The notes under the pieces: generated by a model
Databases searched by the model: none
What the model saw: only the letters and a program-made list of their open reading frames with translations
What the model was told of the DNA's origin: nothing
Made by a program: the position numbers and the translations under genes
In this document: piece by piece, positions 46,290-57,987 of the stretch
Numbering within the stretch: position 1 is the stretch's first letter
How the letters are laid out: each line of letters starts with the position of its first letter
DNA from: Eledone cirrhosa
Lineage: Eukaryota
Reading direction: 5' to 3'
DNA: 64,000 nucleotides
NCBI GenBank assembly: GCA_964016885.1
Contig: OZ024740.1
Span: forward strand, 58,156,001-58,220,000

Positions 46290-46876
46290 GTAGCGGCGAT
46301 GAATTAGTTTTGCGAGGTTTTTTATATGAAATCGTGTGTCGAAACAGATATTGTTATATTTGGGGAGGGTCATGTTTGCGTAATATTGCCAGAATTAATA
46401 ACAGAACACACTCACTGTTTGGTTGGTTTTCGCTTCTCGCTGTCTTTTATATATATATATCTGCGATCTAACTTACTCGGTCCTCAATGTTGCCATTGAC
46501 TGACCGGCGGTCAAAAATAATACAGATACAATATAGACACAAACACATATATATAGTTTACATAATTTACATAAATCTTTCGTTGCACATCTGCAACATC
46601 GTCAGTGGTGTTATATTCATTGTTCCTCCTGTTGTGTTGTATGTCTACGCCATTTTTTTTTTTGTTCAGTCTGTCTATATATTTATTTATTTATTTGCTT
46701 GTTTGTTTATCTTATTTTATTTTGTCTTCTTTGCGCATGCGTTTGCGTGTGTGTATAGTGTTATGTGTGATGTGTGACTAGTGTGTATAGTGTTGTGTCT
46801 GCTGGGTGACTAGTGTGTGTTTATGTGCTTGTGTATGTATTTATTTATCTTATTTTATTTAATTTTATTTACTTAT

Positions 46877-47080
46877 TTATACTTCTCTTAGGTCAGTGTT
46901 GTTTGTTTGGGTGTTGTTGTTGTTCCACTCATTCTTTCTGTTTAGCTTTGGTCTTCTAATTTCTATTTCACTGGCCTCTCTGATTTGCCTATCTGCTGGG
47001 TCATTCCTATGTTTAGATATTATTCTAATTTCTATGTTGTCTATGTTACCGTCATGTTGTTGTCTAGCATGTTCGTATAG
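46877..47080 (-). pseudogene. C-terminal remnant of PLE-B GIY-YIG endonuclease (out of frame after internal deletion)
   Basis: LYEHARQQHDGNIDNIEIRIISKHRNDPADRQIREASEIEIRRPKLNRKNEW aligns with the PLE-A C-terminus. Confidence 0.85.
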
Positions 47081-48828
47081 GTTTTGCTGATCAGGGATTT
47101 TATGGTGGTTCCTGGCTTTTCTACCACCTTTATTTTTAAGTGGGTCTTTCTCAGGGCCTTTCTACACTGGTTAGCTAATTTCCCACCAGGGGTGGCGTCC
47201 ACAAACATGACACTCTGATATCTCTGGTTGTCGTACCATGATGTGGCCTTCCCTATCTTATGTCTAGCCCTATCTAAGCTATTCCATGATTTGCTCCTGT
47301 ATAGTGGGCAAATTCCTTTCATGTCCAGTTCTATGAGGGTCTTATACTTTTCCATGGCTCCTTCGTATACTCTGACTCTGTCTCTTTGGTTGTAGCCAGA
47401 GAACTGCATGCGGTTGATGAAGTGTTGGATGTGTCCTTCCATTTCTGTTGGGTCGCACATGCTGGACACATTCTTCATCACTCGTACCAAATCTGCGATC
47501 AGAATATTAAACTTAGCACTACTGGACATTGCTGAGTTTTTGAGTATCAGGTATTTGGAGGCCATGGGTTTAGCATAGTGTGAGTGGAGAATTTGGGCTC
47601 TCTCGTCTATAGTGTTAATCCAGAGTTCTGTGTCTAATACAGGTAGTCTATTGTTAGGGTGTTTGGAAGGGAAGTCTATAGTTACAGTTATACTCTGGTG
47701 TATGGAATTAGCTATCTGCTGGATGCTTTCCATCGTGCTACGTTCTAAATCAAACTTGTTAGTGCTCTCTAGTGGGGGTGTTCTTATAACTATATTGATA
47801 TCGTCTACATAACGAGAGTACATGATGAGGTCTATGGAGCTTTCATTAAGGAGATCTTTAAGTCTCCTTTCCCACCATACCATGAAAAGGTTGGCAACAT
47901 CACCAGCTATGCTGACGCCGATGGCTGCTCCCTCATTTTGGGTGTAGATTTTCTCATTGAACTTAAATATGTGGCCCTTTAGGGTAGTTTTGATACTAGC
48001 CCCTATTGCATGTGCGACCATTTTTCTTACCTGATCAGTGTTTTGGGGGGTCCGTATAGCTTTGGTCCACCCAATCCACCTTCCTATGGGAGTCTTTTTA
48101 GCCATTGAGGTTATGGTGGGGGGTCTACCTCTTATAGGTCTACTAGGGCAGAAACATCTAAGGTCATGGCTGTCTAGGTAGTCAGTGTCGTAGGTAAGTC
48201 TAAGTAGGAGGCCCAGTTTGTCTGTGTCGACGTCGCAGAACTCCACCTCACTCTCAATGATCATCTCCACACATCTTTTCACAGCAAAATCAATGTTAAT
48301 GGATGGGTACAGTGACACCACATCCATGCTGCCTATTATGCAGTTGGATAGGCTCCTGTTTTTGTTGCACTCACTGATTCCGCTGAGGAGGTCCTCTGTA
48401 CTTTCACATACATCTGGGGACATCTTGATTATGGGGCGTATAACCATTGAGAGGAAGTAGGAGATCCTGTAGTTGCTAGCTATATTAGCTCCGCATACGG
48501 GTCTTGTTGGTGGTCCTGTTGTCGGGTCGTCGACTGTCTTGTGGTCTTTGCGGAGCCCATACAAGGGTGGTATGCCATTGTTAGACGCCTGGAAGTTGTT
48601 GGCAGTGCGTCTGCTTGGCTTTAGGATGTCAGTCCACATCATCATGTGAGCGTTGAGGATTTTTTCTCTCCCATCGTGTGTTAGTTGTGCAACTTCGCTC
48701 GTGTTGGTGATGTGGGGTTGCATTGCCTCGATGTAGTTCGGCATGCTATCTATTGACATCCTACCAGACTTATCTGTGGGTAGACACACTACCTCACCAT
48801 CCCTTGTGCGCTGCTTGAGGCTAACCAA
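47041..48828 (-). pseudogene. PLE-B reverse transcriptase domain (frameshifted from the N-terminal ORF)
   Basis: PLE RT motifs PTDKSG, LYGLRKDHK, RPVC, SMDVVSLYPSI, YTQNEGAAIG, YSRYVDD, LPVLD, HYAKP. Confidence 0.92.
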
Positions 48829-50284
48829 GCCTTCTACAGGTTTTATCCAGTTGTTGGGCCTCTGGTCTGCTCTGTCTCATAGTGTACCTGTCTACTACTT
48901 GTCTAATCTTATTTCTAGCTATGGTGAACTGTGCCTCCGTCTCGTCATCTATTTGCTGTGGTATGCAAACTCTTTTATTAAAGGGTAACCTCGTAGGATA
49001 GATATTACCCATCTTATATGTTTTGTCAGCTGGGTTGAAAAATAGTTTCTCTAAGGGGTTGTCGTTATTTCTATCGTCATAGTTGTGTGTGTTGCTATTA
49101 TTGTTATCATGGTGGTTGTTGTTGTTTCTATCATTAGCATTAATATTATTATTGTTATGATTGCTAGATGTATTGTTGTTTACTTCACCGTTATTGTTGT
49201 TGTTGTTACTGCTATTTCTACCATTGTGGTTGTTACTATTATTATGTTTCTTGTTTTTCTTGATGTTGCTACATGTACTATTTCCATTATTACCACTGTG
49301 GCTATTGTTGTTGTTGTTGTTCGTATTGTTACCGTTATTACTACTGTGGTCACTGTTGCTGTGTCTGTGGTTAACGTTTCTATTATTATTATTATTGTGG
49401 TTGTTGTTGTTCTGTCTATCGCTAGTATTATTGCCATTATCACTATTTCTCACTTTCCTGCCATTGTTATGGTTATGGCTGTTATTTCTATACCCAGAGT
49501 TATTGTTTATATTACTACTACCGTTATTATTGTTGTTGTTGTTTACCTTTGCATTCCAACGTATTTTTGTGAAACACTTTTCCAGCTCCGTTTTGCATTC
49601 CATAGGGTTAATCTTTTTGTAGATGGCAAATTTTGGTGGTAACTTTAGGATTTGTTGTTCTTGTTCACTGATTAAAGTGTTCCCATAGATATTTACTGTG
49701 TGGTCATTGATAAATTCTTCCGGTAGTTTTACATCACTCATATGGATGTTGTCGATGTTATCTGGGTATTTTTGAGAATATTCGATTTTCCTTTCTTGTA
49801 GTTTTTTCTTATTCATCCATTCTAATTTCTTCTTGAAATACCTACAGCATTCGTTTTGAGCATATTTCGTTTCGCGTCGGATGACGCTCATGAAGTCATC
49901 TCTCTCGTTTGCTGTGATGAGATTTCGGATTTCCTTACCGTTGATGCGTTTTTGTCTGTAGAGTGCGTTGACTTTTGTGTATGTTGTTCTTTTCATATTA
50001 ACTGTTATTGTGTGTTTTAGCCGTTCAGCTTGTGTTTTGTTCAATAATAAATTATTTACTTGTTTTGATATGTTTGTTGTGTATGTTTTGGAGGAAACAC
50101 AGTGTTTTAAGAAGCGGATTTGTTCTGTTGTTATTGTAGTTTTTATATAACAGAAAACAGTGTCTTTCAATAACCTTTCAGCTTGGCACAAGCTAATGCC
50201 ATAGCGGCGATGAATTAGTTTTGCGAGGTTTTTTATATGAAATCGTGTGTCGAAACAGATATTGTTATATTTGGGGAGGGTCAT
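48821..50284 (-). pseudogene. PLE-B N-terminal region with ~160-codon Asn-rich tract
   Basis: The start is duplicated in the pseudo-LTR. LKLPPKFAI motif is typical of the PLE pre-RT region. Frameshift(s) near 48830-48870. Confidence 0.85.
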
Positions 50285-50576
50285 ATTTGCGTAATATTGC
50301 CAGAATTAATAACAGAACACACTCACTGTTTGGTTGGTTTTCGCTTCTCGCTGTCTTTTATATATATATATCTGCGATCTAACTTACTCGGTCCTCAATG
50401 TTGCCATTGACTGACCGGCGGTCAAAAATAATACAGATACAATATAGACACAAACACATATATATAGTTTACATAATTTACATAAATCTTTCGTTGCACA
50501 TCTGCAACATCGTCAGTGGTGTTATATTCATTGTTCCTCCTGTTGTGTTGTATGTCTACGCCATTTTTTTTTTGTT

Positions 50577-53500
50577 CATCATCATCATCGTTTAACGTCC
50601 GTGTTCCACGCTTACATGTGTTTGGACGGGGGTTTTCCCACTTGAGGCAAGAGTGATTGTCTTGCTCGCATAGGATGTCTGGCGGGTTTTTTTACTGCTG
50701 GATGCCCTTCCTAACACCAACCACATTTACAGTGTGGGTCTGGGAGGTTTTTACCGTGTTGCCTACACGGCCACATTACAGCGTGGACTGTGTTGTTTTT
50801 GTCGTGACCCCTACACGATCTCATTTGTTTCGGCCTGGATGTTGTGGGACCAACATAACTTTACATTAAAAGGGTCGGGGTGGTGGGACGGGGGTGTATT
50901 TTGTTAGAGATGCCTACTGACTGTAGTAGGTTTTACTTTGTATTTAGGTAAGGCGGGTCTTCTCTATTACTGAGTACCGCCAAAGGTCTCGGTCCAGTGA
51001 CATTGTCTTGGAGAGGTGTAAGTGTGTGAGGTCGGAATTTATCAGCTCGTCCCAGGTTTTTCTGGGTCTGCCTACTCCATAGCTACCGTCTATCTTTATT
51101 GCCCTGCACTTTGTTATACAGCTGTCGTCTTTCATGCGCATCACGTGACCATACCAACGTAGCCTTCTCTCGAGTAAACAACATCTGATCCCTCTTATTT
51201 CTAATTTTTTCCTTAGTTCGCTTATGCTTTGCCGTTCACGTATGTTACTATTACACATCCAGCCGAGCATGCAAGCTTCGTTCCTCTCTAGTCTGCGTAT
51301 ATCCTCTGCACACAATGCCCAGGTCTCACTGCCATGCAACATTGCTGTTCGTATGCAGGCATCATACAACCTGCCTTTCATTTTTAGGGAGAACCCTTTA
51401 GTGGCTAATAGTGGTATAAGCTCTCTGAACTTTTTCCATCTAGTTCTGACTCTAGCTACTGTACTTTCAGAGCACCCTCCCCCACTGCTGATTTTGTCAC
51501 CCAGGTAACGGAAGCTGTCCACTATTTCTATAGAACCCTCTGCGCAATTGAAAGAGCTAGTATTTTGTGGGCACTTGCTTCTACTTATTGCACCAGAGCA
51601 CCGGCCACATGTAAAATCTATGTTCTTAGTTAGCTTACCTGTGATCCCACTACATCTTTTATGCACCCATACTTTGCATTTGGGACATAAAATGGAGTTT
51701 CTACCTACGCCTTTCCTACACACTGAGCATGGCCATTTCCCGGAAGGGACCGTCGCCTTATTTTCTTTCCTACAAACTAGAACTTTAGTCTTAGCCAGGT
51801 TAATTTTAAGCCCTTTTGATTCTAGGCCATGCTTCCATGTTTGGAATTTCTTCTCTAGCTCGGCCATTGATTCAGCTATGAGCGTTAGATCATCTGCGTA
51901 TAGGAGTTCCCATGGGCAGCCGGTCTTGAACTCCACTGTTATAGCCTGAAGGGCAATAATAAATAGTAGGGGGCTAAGAACAGAGCCCTAATGTACAAAA
52001 ACTTTTACACTACACTCTTCACTATATTCGTTGTTAATTCTAACCTTGCTGACTGTTTCTTTATACATGGCTTGTATAGCTCTCACAAGCCATTCGTCAA
52101 CACCTAGTTTTCTAAGAGCCCACCAGATAATGGAACGGGGGACTCTGTCGAAGGCTTTCTCCAAGTCAACAAACGCTAAGTATAGGGGTTTACTTTTAGC
52201 TAGGTACTTCTCCTGTAGTTGTCGTACAATGAAAAGAGCGTCTGTGGTACTTTTGCCTGACACAAAACCGAACTGCATTTCATCTAGATCAATTCTCTCT
52301 CTGATTAGTTGCGCTATTACTTTTTCCGTGACCTTCATGACCTGGTCGATTAATTTAATGCCTCTATAGTTACTCCTATCTAAAGCATCTCCTTTACCCT
52401 TGTAACAGTTAACGATAGTTTTCTCTACTTCCCCCATCCCACCATACTTTCCAAGCCTGCTTTTTGGCCTTAATTGACTCCTCCACCTTACTGTTCCACC
52501 ACCATGTTACTCTCCTCCTACCTACAGGCCTGCTCCAGCCACAGACTTCGTCTGCCGCCGTCAGCAGGTTTCCTTTCAGGAATTCCCACTGTTCCTCTAT
52601 ATTATCTGACTCTAATTGCTCTTCCTTACTGTCGAAAGCATCAAGTAACATGATTTGGAATTTATTTCTGGCTGTGGGGTCCTTTAACTTCCATATTTTT
52701 CTCCTGAGGATAGTCCTCTTCTGTTGTCTAGTACGTCTCGTCCTGACTATTAGGTCGCTAATTAGTAGTCTATGTTGGGAGGTGCATTCTTCATGGGGGA
52801 GGGATTTAGTGTTTACAACAGACACTCTGTCACGTCCTCTGGTAAGGATATAATCTACCTGGCTGGTATGTTCCCCCGATCTGTAGGTGATCAAGTGATT
52901 GTCTCGTTTTTTGAAGTTAGTGTTACAGATAGTTAGGTTATTTGCATCACAGAATTCCAGGATTCTGGAGCCTTCCTCATTTCTAGTACCAAACCCATAG
53001 CCTCCGTGGATTCCGTCATAGCCGTCATAATGTTGACCAACGTGGCCATTTAGGTCGCCTGCAATAATTATATAGTCAGTGTCGGTTATTTGGGAGGTAG
53101 TGAGCATCAGTGTCTCATAGAATCTGTCTTTTATAGCGCCAGGGAGTCCGGATTGAGGCGCGTATGCCGATATTACTGTCACAGTAGTTCTATTTAGAAC
53201 AAGTCTTATTTTAATTATTCTGTCATTTACTCTATTTACATCTATTATCTTATCCACCCATTTTTCTGCTAACATAATTCCTACCCCACCTATGCCATTG
53301 TCATTTCCCACCCAGAAGAGCTTATAGCAACGTTTTTTACCCACAATGAATCTAGCAGACCCGCCCCACCACCTGATCTCTTGAATACAGCAAACATCAA
53401 CCTCCTTATGTTCAAGCATTTTTACAACCTCGTTAGAGCGGCCTTTTAAGGTGCCTACATTTATGGTACCAACTCTGAAGTTTTGGATTGTGTTTGGAGG

Positions 53501-54016
53501 ATGGGTGAGGGGGATGGGGTTGGGGTTATGGTGGCCATCCACGGCCGAAACAAAGAGGAGGGGGACTTGCCCTTTCGTCCGGCAGCATGAGGTGAATTTG
53601 TCGTTATCTTTGGCATTGTCGTCGTGTGCAGATTCTTCAGACTCTTCAGAAATTCCTTAGTCCATCCATCATATCGAAAAGCAGCCAGAAGTGATAGCAT
53701 AGGCTGTTGACTTGTGATTGGTCCAAATAATAAGGTGGAGAGTGGGGACGGGAGGGAGGGGTATCGGGTAGTTAGCAAAGTGGGGTAGTTAAAAATATAG
53801 TTAAAAATACAAGAAGATTATTTAGAAACAACCAGACAAAATTATAGAATAGAATAAATATGAATGAATGAACCGATAGGCTGGAGAGAGATCAGAAAAA
53901 TGGCATTTACATTATAATTCGCAGGAACGAGGTCTCACCATTTTTGAGCGTTGACAAATTCTGGGATTCTTACCTCGCTACAGGTTTATTTATATTTGGA
54001 GAGAGAGAAGGGGGAA

Positions 54017-54017
<1 letters not shown>
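50577..54017 (-). mobile_element. Near full-length but defective RTE family B copy (APE 52409-53542; RT in pieces 50944-52437)
   Basis: APE and RT motifs are present. There is a ~0.5-kb internal deletion at ~52415 relative to 55574-57968, a stop at ~51988 and a frameshift at ~51935. The 5' UTR runs to 54017. Confidence 0.93.
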
Positions 54018-54078
<61 letters not shown>

Positions 54079-54095
54079 GTATATATATACATATG

Positions 54096-54130
<35 letters not shown>

Positions 54131-54162
54131 GTATATATGTATATATATATATATGTATATAT

Positions 54163-55256
54163 ATGTAAGTATGTATGTATACGTACATACATATATGTAT
54201 ACAGACGTACAGTAGCATGCATATATATATATATATAGAGAGACTGAGCATAAGAGGAATCAAATGCTGCGTGCAGGAGAGGCGGTTACGCTGGTATGGA
54301 CATGTGATGCGTATGAAGGATGACAGCTGCATAAAAAGGTGCAGAGCACTAGAAGTTGATGGAAACCGCGGAGTGGGGAGACCCAAGATGACTTGGGATG
54401 AGGTGATAAAAGCCGACCTTACCCAACTACACCTCTCAAAGAGAATGACACACGACCGTGACTTCTGGCGTCACGCAGTAATACAGGCTACCCGACCTCC
54501 TATGGGTACATGCTGAAGCATATAAACAATATGCCCCCACTCCCCCCACCGCAAGGTGGTCGTGGAGGTGCCACGGCAAAAAAGCACCCAGCCCACACTG
54601 TAAAGTGGACGTGTAGGCGCCACGAAAAAGCACCCAGCACTCACTGTAAATGAGGTTGGTGTTAGGAAGGGCATCCAGCTGTAGAAATCAAGCCAGATCA
54701 GTTCCTGTATGAGCAAGGCATGGTCAGCCGACCAGACACTGCCCACAACAGGACAACCCGTCTAACCCATGCTAGCGTGGAAGAACGGACGTAAAACGGT
54801 GATGATGATGATGATGATGATATATACATACAGGTACACATACATATATGTACGTATCAGTTTAGCGGATGCTTATTATAACGCCCGCTTTGTTAGTTTG
54901 TAAACAAACTGAACAGCCTGAATTTATGCCGTATGGTGTTAAGGCAACCACGTCACCTTTTTGTTCAACACTGACACAGGAACGATGTACTAGTTTCAAG
55001 CTTGTTAGCTATCATCAGCACCATAAACCCTTCTGCCAGATGGTTGAACGTTCGAAAGTATATACTTTCCTTATGAAAATTAACGGCTGAGCAGCCTAAT
55101 TTGCATATCGAGTGAGTTCGACCAGGCGTACCGAGAACGATAAGTTGTAATAAAATGAAAACAAAATTTCATTTCTCACTCTTAGTACGGCACTTACTTA
55201 AATGTAAGTATGTATGTATACGTACATACATATATGTATACAGACGTACAGTAGCA

Positions 55257-55304
<48 letters not shown>

Positions 55305-55345
55305 CAGGTACACATACATATATGTACGTATCAGTTTAGCGGATG
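54163..55345 (-). mobile_element. Second R1 locus (~1.4 units), interrupted by RTE-A; hammerhead 54981-55025
   Basis: Homologous to 7158-7770. Confidence 0.8.
54237..54821 (+). mobile_element. 5'-truncated RTE family A copy inserted in the internal (TA)n of an R1 monomer
   Basis: [11 protein letters not shown]...PPMGTC*, 3' UTR, (GAT)n. R1 sequence is contiguous on both sides. Confidence 0.93.
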
Positions 55346-55382
55346 CTTATTATAACGCCCGCTTTATATATATATATATATA

Positions 55383-55532
55383 TATATGAAAAAGTGAGTC
55401 CTTCATCAGTGACCCTCCAACCGTCCTGGACGGTTGGAGGGTCACTCCAATGCCCAGGACGGTTGGAGGGTCACTGATGAAGGACTCACTTTTTCATATG
55501 TATCCCATTTGCAATGCCGCAGCTCCATTATT

Positions 55533-55536
<4 letters not shown>
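55383..55536. repeat. Nested palindrome around a CTGATGAAGG core fragment
   Basis: 55383-55427 is the reverse complement of 55454-55499, with an extra partial arm between. Confidence 0.85.
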
Positions 55537-55573
<37 letters not shown>

Positions 55574-55578
<5 letters not shown>

Positions 55579-57968
55579 CAAGCTTGGAAAGTATGGCGGG
55601 ATGGGGGAAGTAGAGTAGACTATCAAGTGGCCAGGAGGGAAGCTAGGAGAGAAGTGTACTTAGCAAGAAGGGAAGCTGAGGAAAGAAAGTTCAAGCATGT
55701 CCTACAACGCGATGACCAAAAACGTGAGGTGTTCAGGATTGCTAGGCAATGCGTCAAGGAAAATCGTGATATTGTCGGGGAGAAGTGTGTACTTAACGAT
55801 GATGGCATACTTGCCATCACCGACACTGATAAGAAGGCAGCTTGGAAGTGTCACTATGAAAGGCTACTAAATGAGGAGAATAAATGGGAGAAAGACAGTC
55901 TCCCCCATGTCGACCCAATAGAGGGACCAGCAGTGTTAGTCGAGGGGAGTATAATAAGTAAGGCAATCAAGGATATGAAGACAGGTAAGGCGGCTGGGCC
56001 TTCGGAAATAGTTGCTGAGATGCTGAAGGCATCTGGCACGGTGGGACACACCATGGTCACCCGCATAGTTAACCAAGTCGTACAGAATGGGGTTGTTCCG
56101 AAGGACTGGCATAGCAGCATCATCGTTAACTGTTATAAGGGTAAAGGAGACGCCCTAGATAGGAGTAACTATAGAGGCATTAAATTAATCGACCAGGTCA
56201 TGAAGGTCACAGAAAAAGTAATAGCGCAACTAATCAGAGAGAGAATTGACCTAGATGAAATGCAGTTCGGGTTTGTGTCAGGCAAAAGTACCACAGACGC
56301 TCTTTTCATAGTACGACAACTACAGGAGAAGTACCTAGCTAAAGGTAAACCCCTCTACTTAGCTTTTGTCGACTTGGAGAAAGCCTTCGACAGAGTCCCC
56401 CGCTCCATTATCTGGTGGGCTCTTAGAAAACTAGGCGTTGACGAATGGCTTGTGAGGGCTATACAAGCCATGTATAAAGAAACAGTCAGCAAGGTTAGAA
56501 TTAACAACGAATATAGTGAAGAGTTTAGCGTAAAAGTTGGCGTCCATCAGGGCTCTGTTCTCAGCCCCCTACTATTTATTATTGCCCTTCAGGCTATAAC
56601 AGAGGAGTTCAAGACAGGCTGCCCATGGGAACTCCTATACGCAGACGACCTGACACTCATAGCGGAATCAATGGCCGAGCTAGAGAAGAAATTCCAAACA
56701 TGGAAGCACGGCCTAGAGTCAAAAGGACTTAAAATTAACCTGGCTAAGACCAAAGTTCTAGTTTGTAGGAAAGAAAACAAGGCGGCGGTCCCTTCTGGGA
56801 AATGGTCGTGCTCGGTGTGTAGGAAAGGCGTAGGTAGAAACTCCATTTTGTGTCCTAAATGCAAAGTATGGGTGCATAAAAGATGTAGTGGGATCACAGG
56901 TAAGCTAACTAAGAACATAGATTTTACATGTGGCCGGTGTTCTGGTGCAATAAGTAGCAGCAAGTGCCCACACAATACTAGCTCTTTCAATTGCGCAGAG
57001 GGTTCTATAGAAATAGTGGACAGCTTCCGTTACCTGGGCGATAAAATCAGCAGTGGGGGAGGGTGCTCTGAAAGTACTGTAGCTAGAGTCAGAACTGGTT
57101 GGAAAAAGTTCAGAGAGCTTATACCACTATTAGCTGCTAAAGGGTTCTCCCTAAAAATGAAAGGCAGGTTGTACGATGCCTGCATACGAACAGCAATGTT
57201 GCATGGCAGTGAGACCTGGGCATTGTGTGCAGAGGATATACGCAGACTAGAGAGGAACGAAGCTTGCATGCTCCGCTGGATGTGTAACAGTAATATACGT
57301 GAACGGCAAAGCATAAACGAACTAAGGAAAAAATTAGAGATAAGAGGGATCAGATGTTGTTTACTCGAGAGAAGGCTACGTTGGTATGGACACGTGATGC
57401 GCATGAAAGTCGATAGCTGTATAACAAAGTGCAGGGCAATAAAGATAGACGGTAGCCACGGAATAGGCAGACCTAGAAAAACCTGGGACGAGCTGATAAA
57501 CTCCGACCTCACACACTTACACCTCTCCAAGACAATGTCACTGGACCGAGACCTTTGGCGGTACTCAGTAACAGAGAAGACCCGCCTTGCCAGTAGGCAT
57601 CTCTAACAAAATACACCCCGTCCCACCACCACCACCACCACCCCATCCACACCACCCCGTCCTATGTAAAGTTATGTTGGTGCCGCGCCATCCGGGCCGA
57701 AACAAATGAGATCGTGTAGGTGTCACGACAAAAAAACACACAGTCCACGCTGTAATGTGGCCGTGTAGGCAACACGGTAAAAACCTCCCAGACCCACACT
57801 GTAAATGTGGTTGGTGTTAGGAAGGGCATCCAACTGTAGAAAACCTGCCAGACAGTCCTATGCGAGCAAGACAATCACTCTTGCCTCAAGTGGGACTACC
57901 CCCGTCCAAACCCATGCAAGCGTGGAACACGGACGTTAAACGTTGATGATGATGATGATGATGATGAT
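55574..57968 (+). mobile_element. 5'-truncated RTE family B copy; open RT+PHD frame 55627-57606
   Basis: Highly similar to 34118-36538. A short deletion over the stop codon gives the ASRHL* end. Confidence 0.95.
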
Positions 57969-57987
57969 ATATATATATATATATATA

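Larger units (their letters stand above)
46291..50576 (-). mobile_element. Near full-length Penelope-like element, family B, with ~375-bp direct pseudo-LTRs (46291-46666 and 50202-50576)
   Basis: Near-identical direct repeats, each containing the ORF start [15 protein letters not shown] and an HHR-like core. RT and GIY-YIG remnant lie between them. Confidence 0.93.

Noticed and set aside
46478-46512. Superficial similarity to the HDV genomic ribozyme (GCCGG...GGCAACATT...GAGGACCG on - strand)
   Set aside because: The nested double pseudoknot cannot be built; two simple hairpins explain the sequence.
49085-49642. Leu- and Val/Ile-rich membrane-protein-like ORFs
   Set aside because: Antisense translations of the Asn-codon tract.
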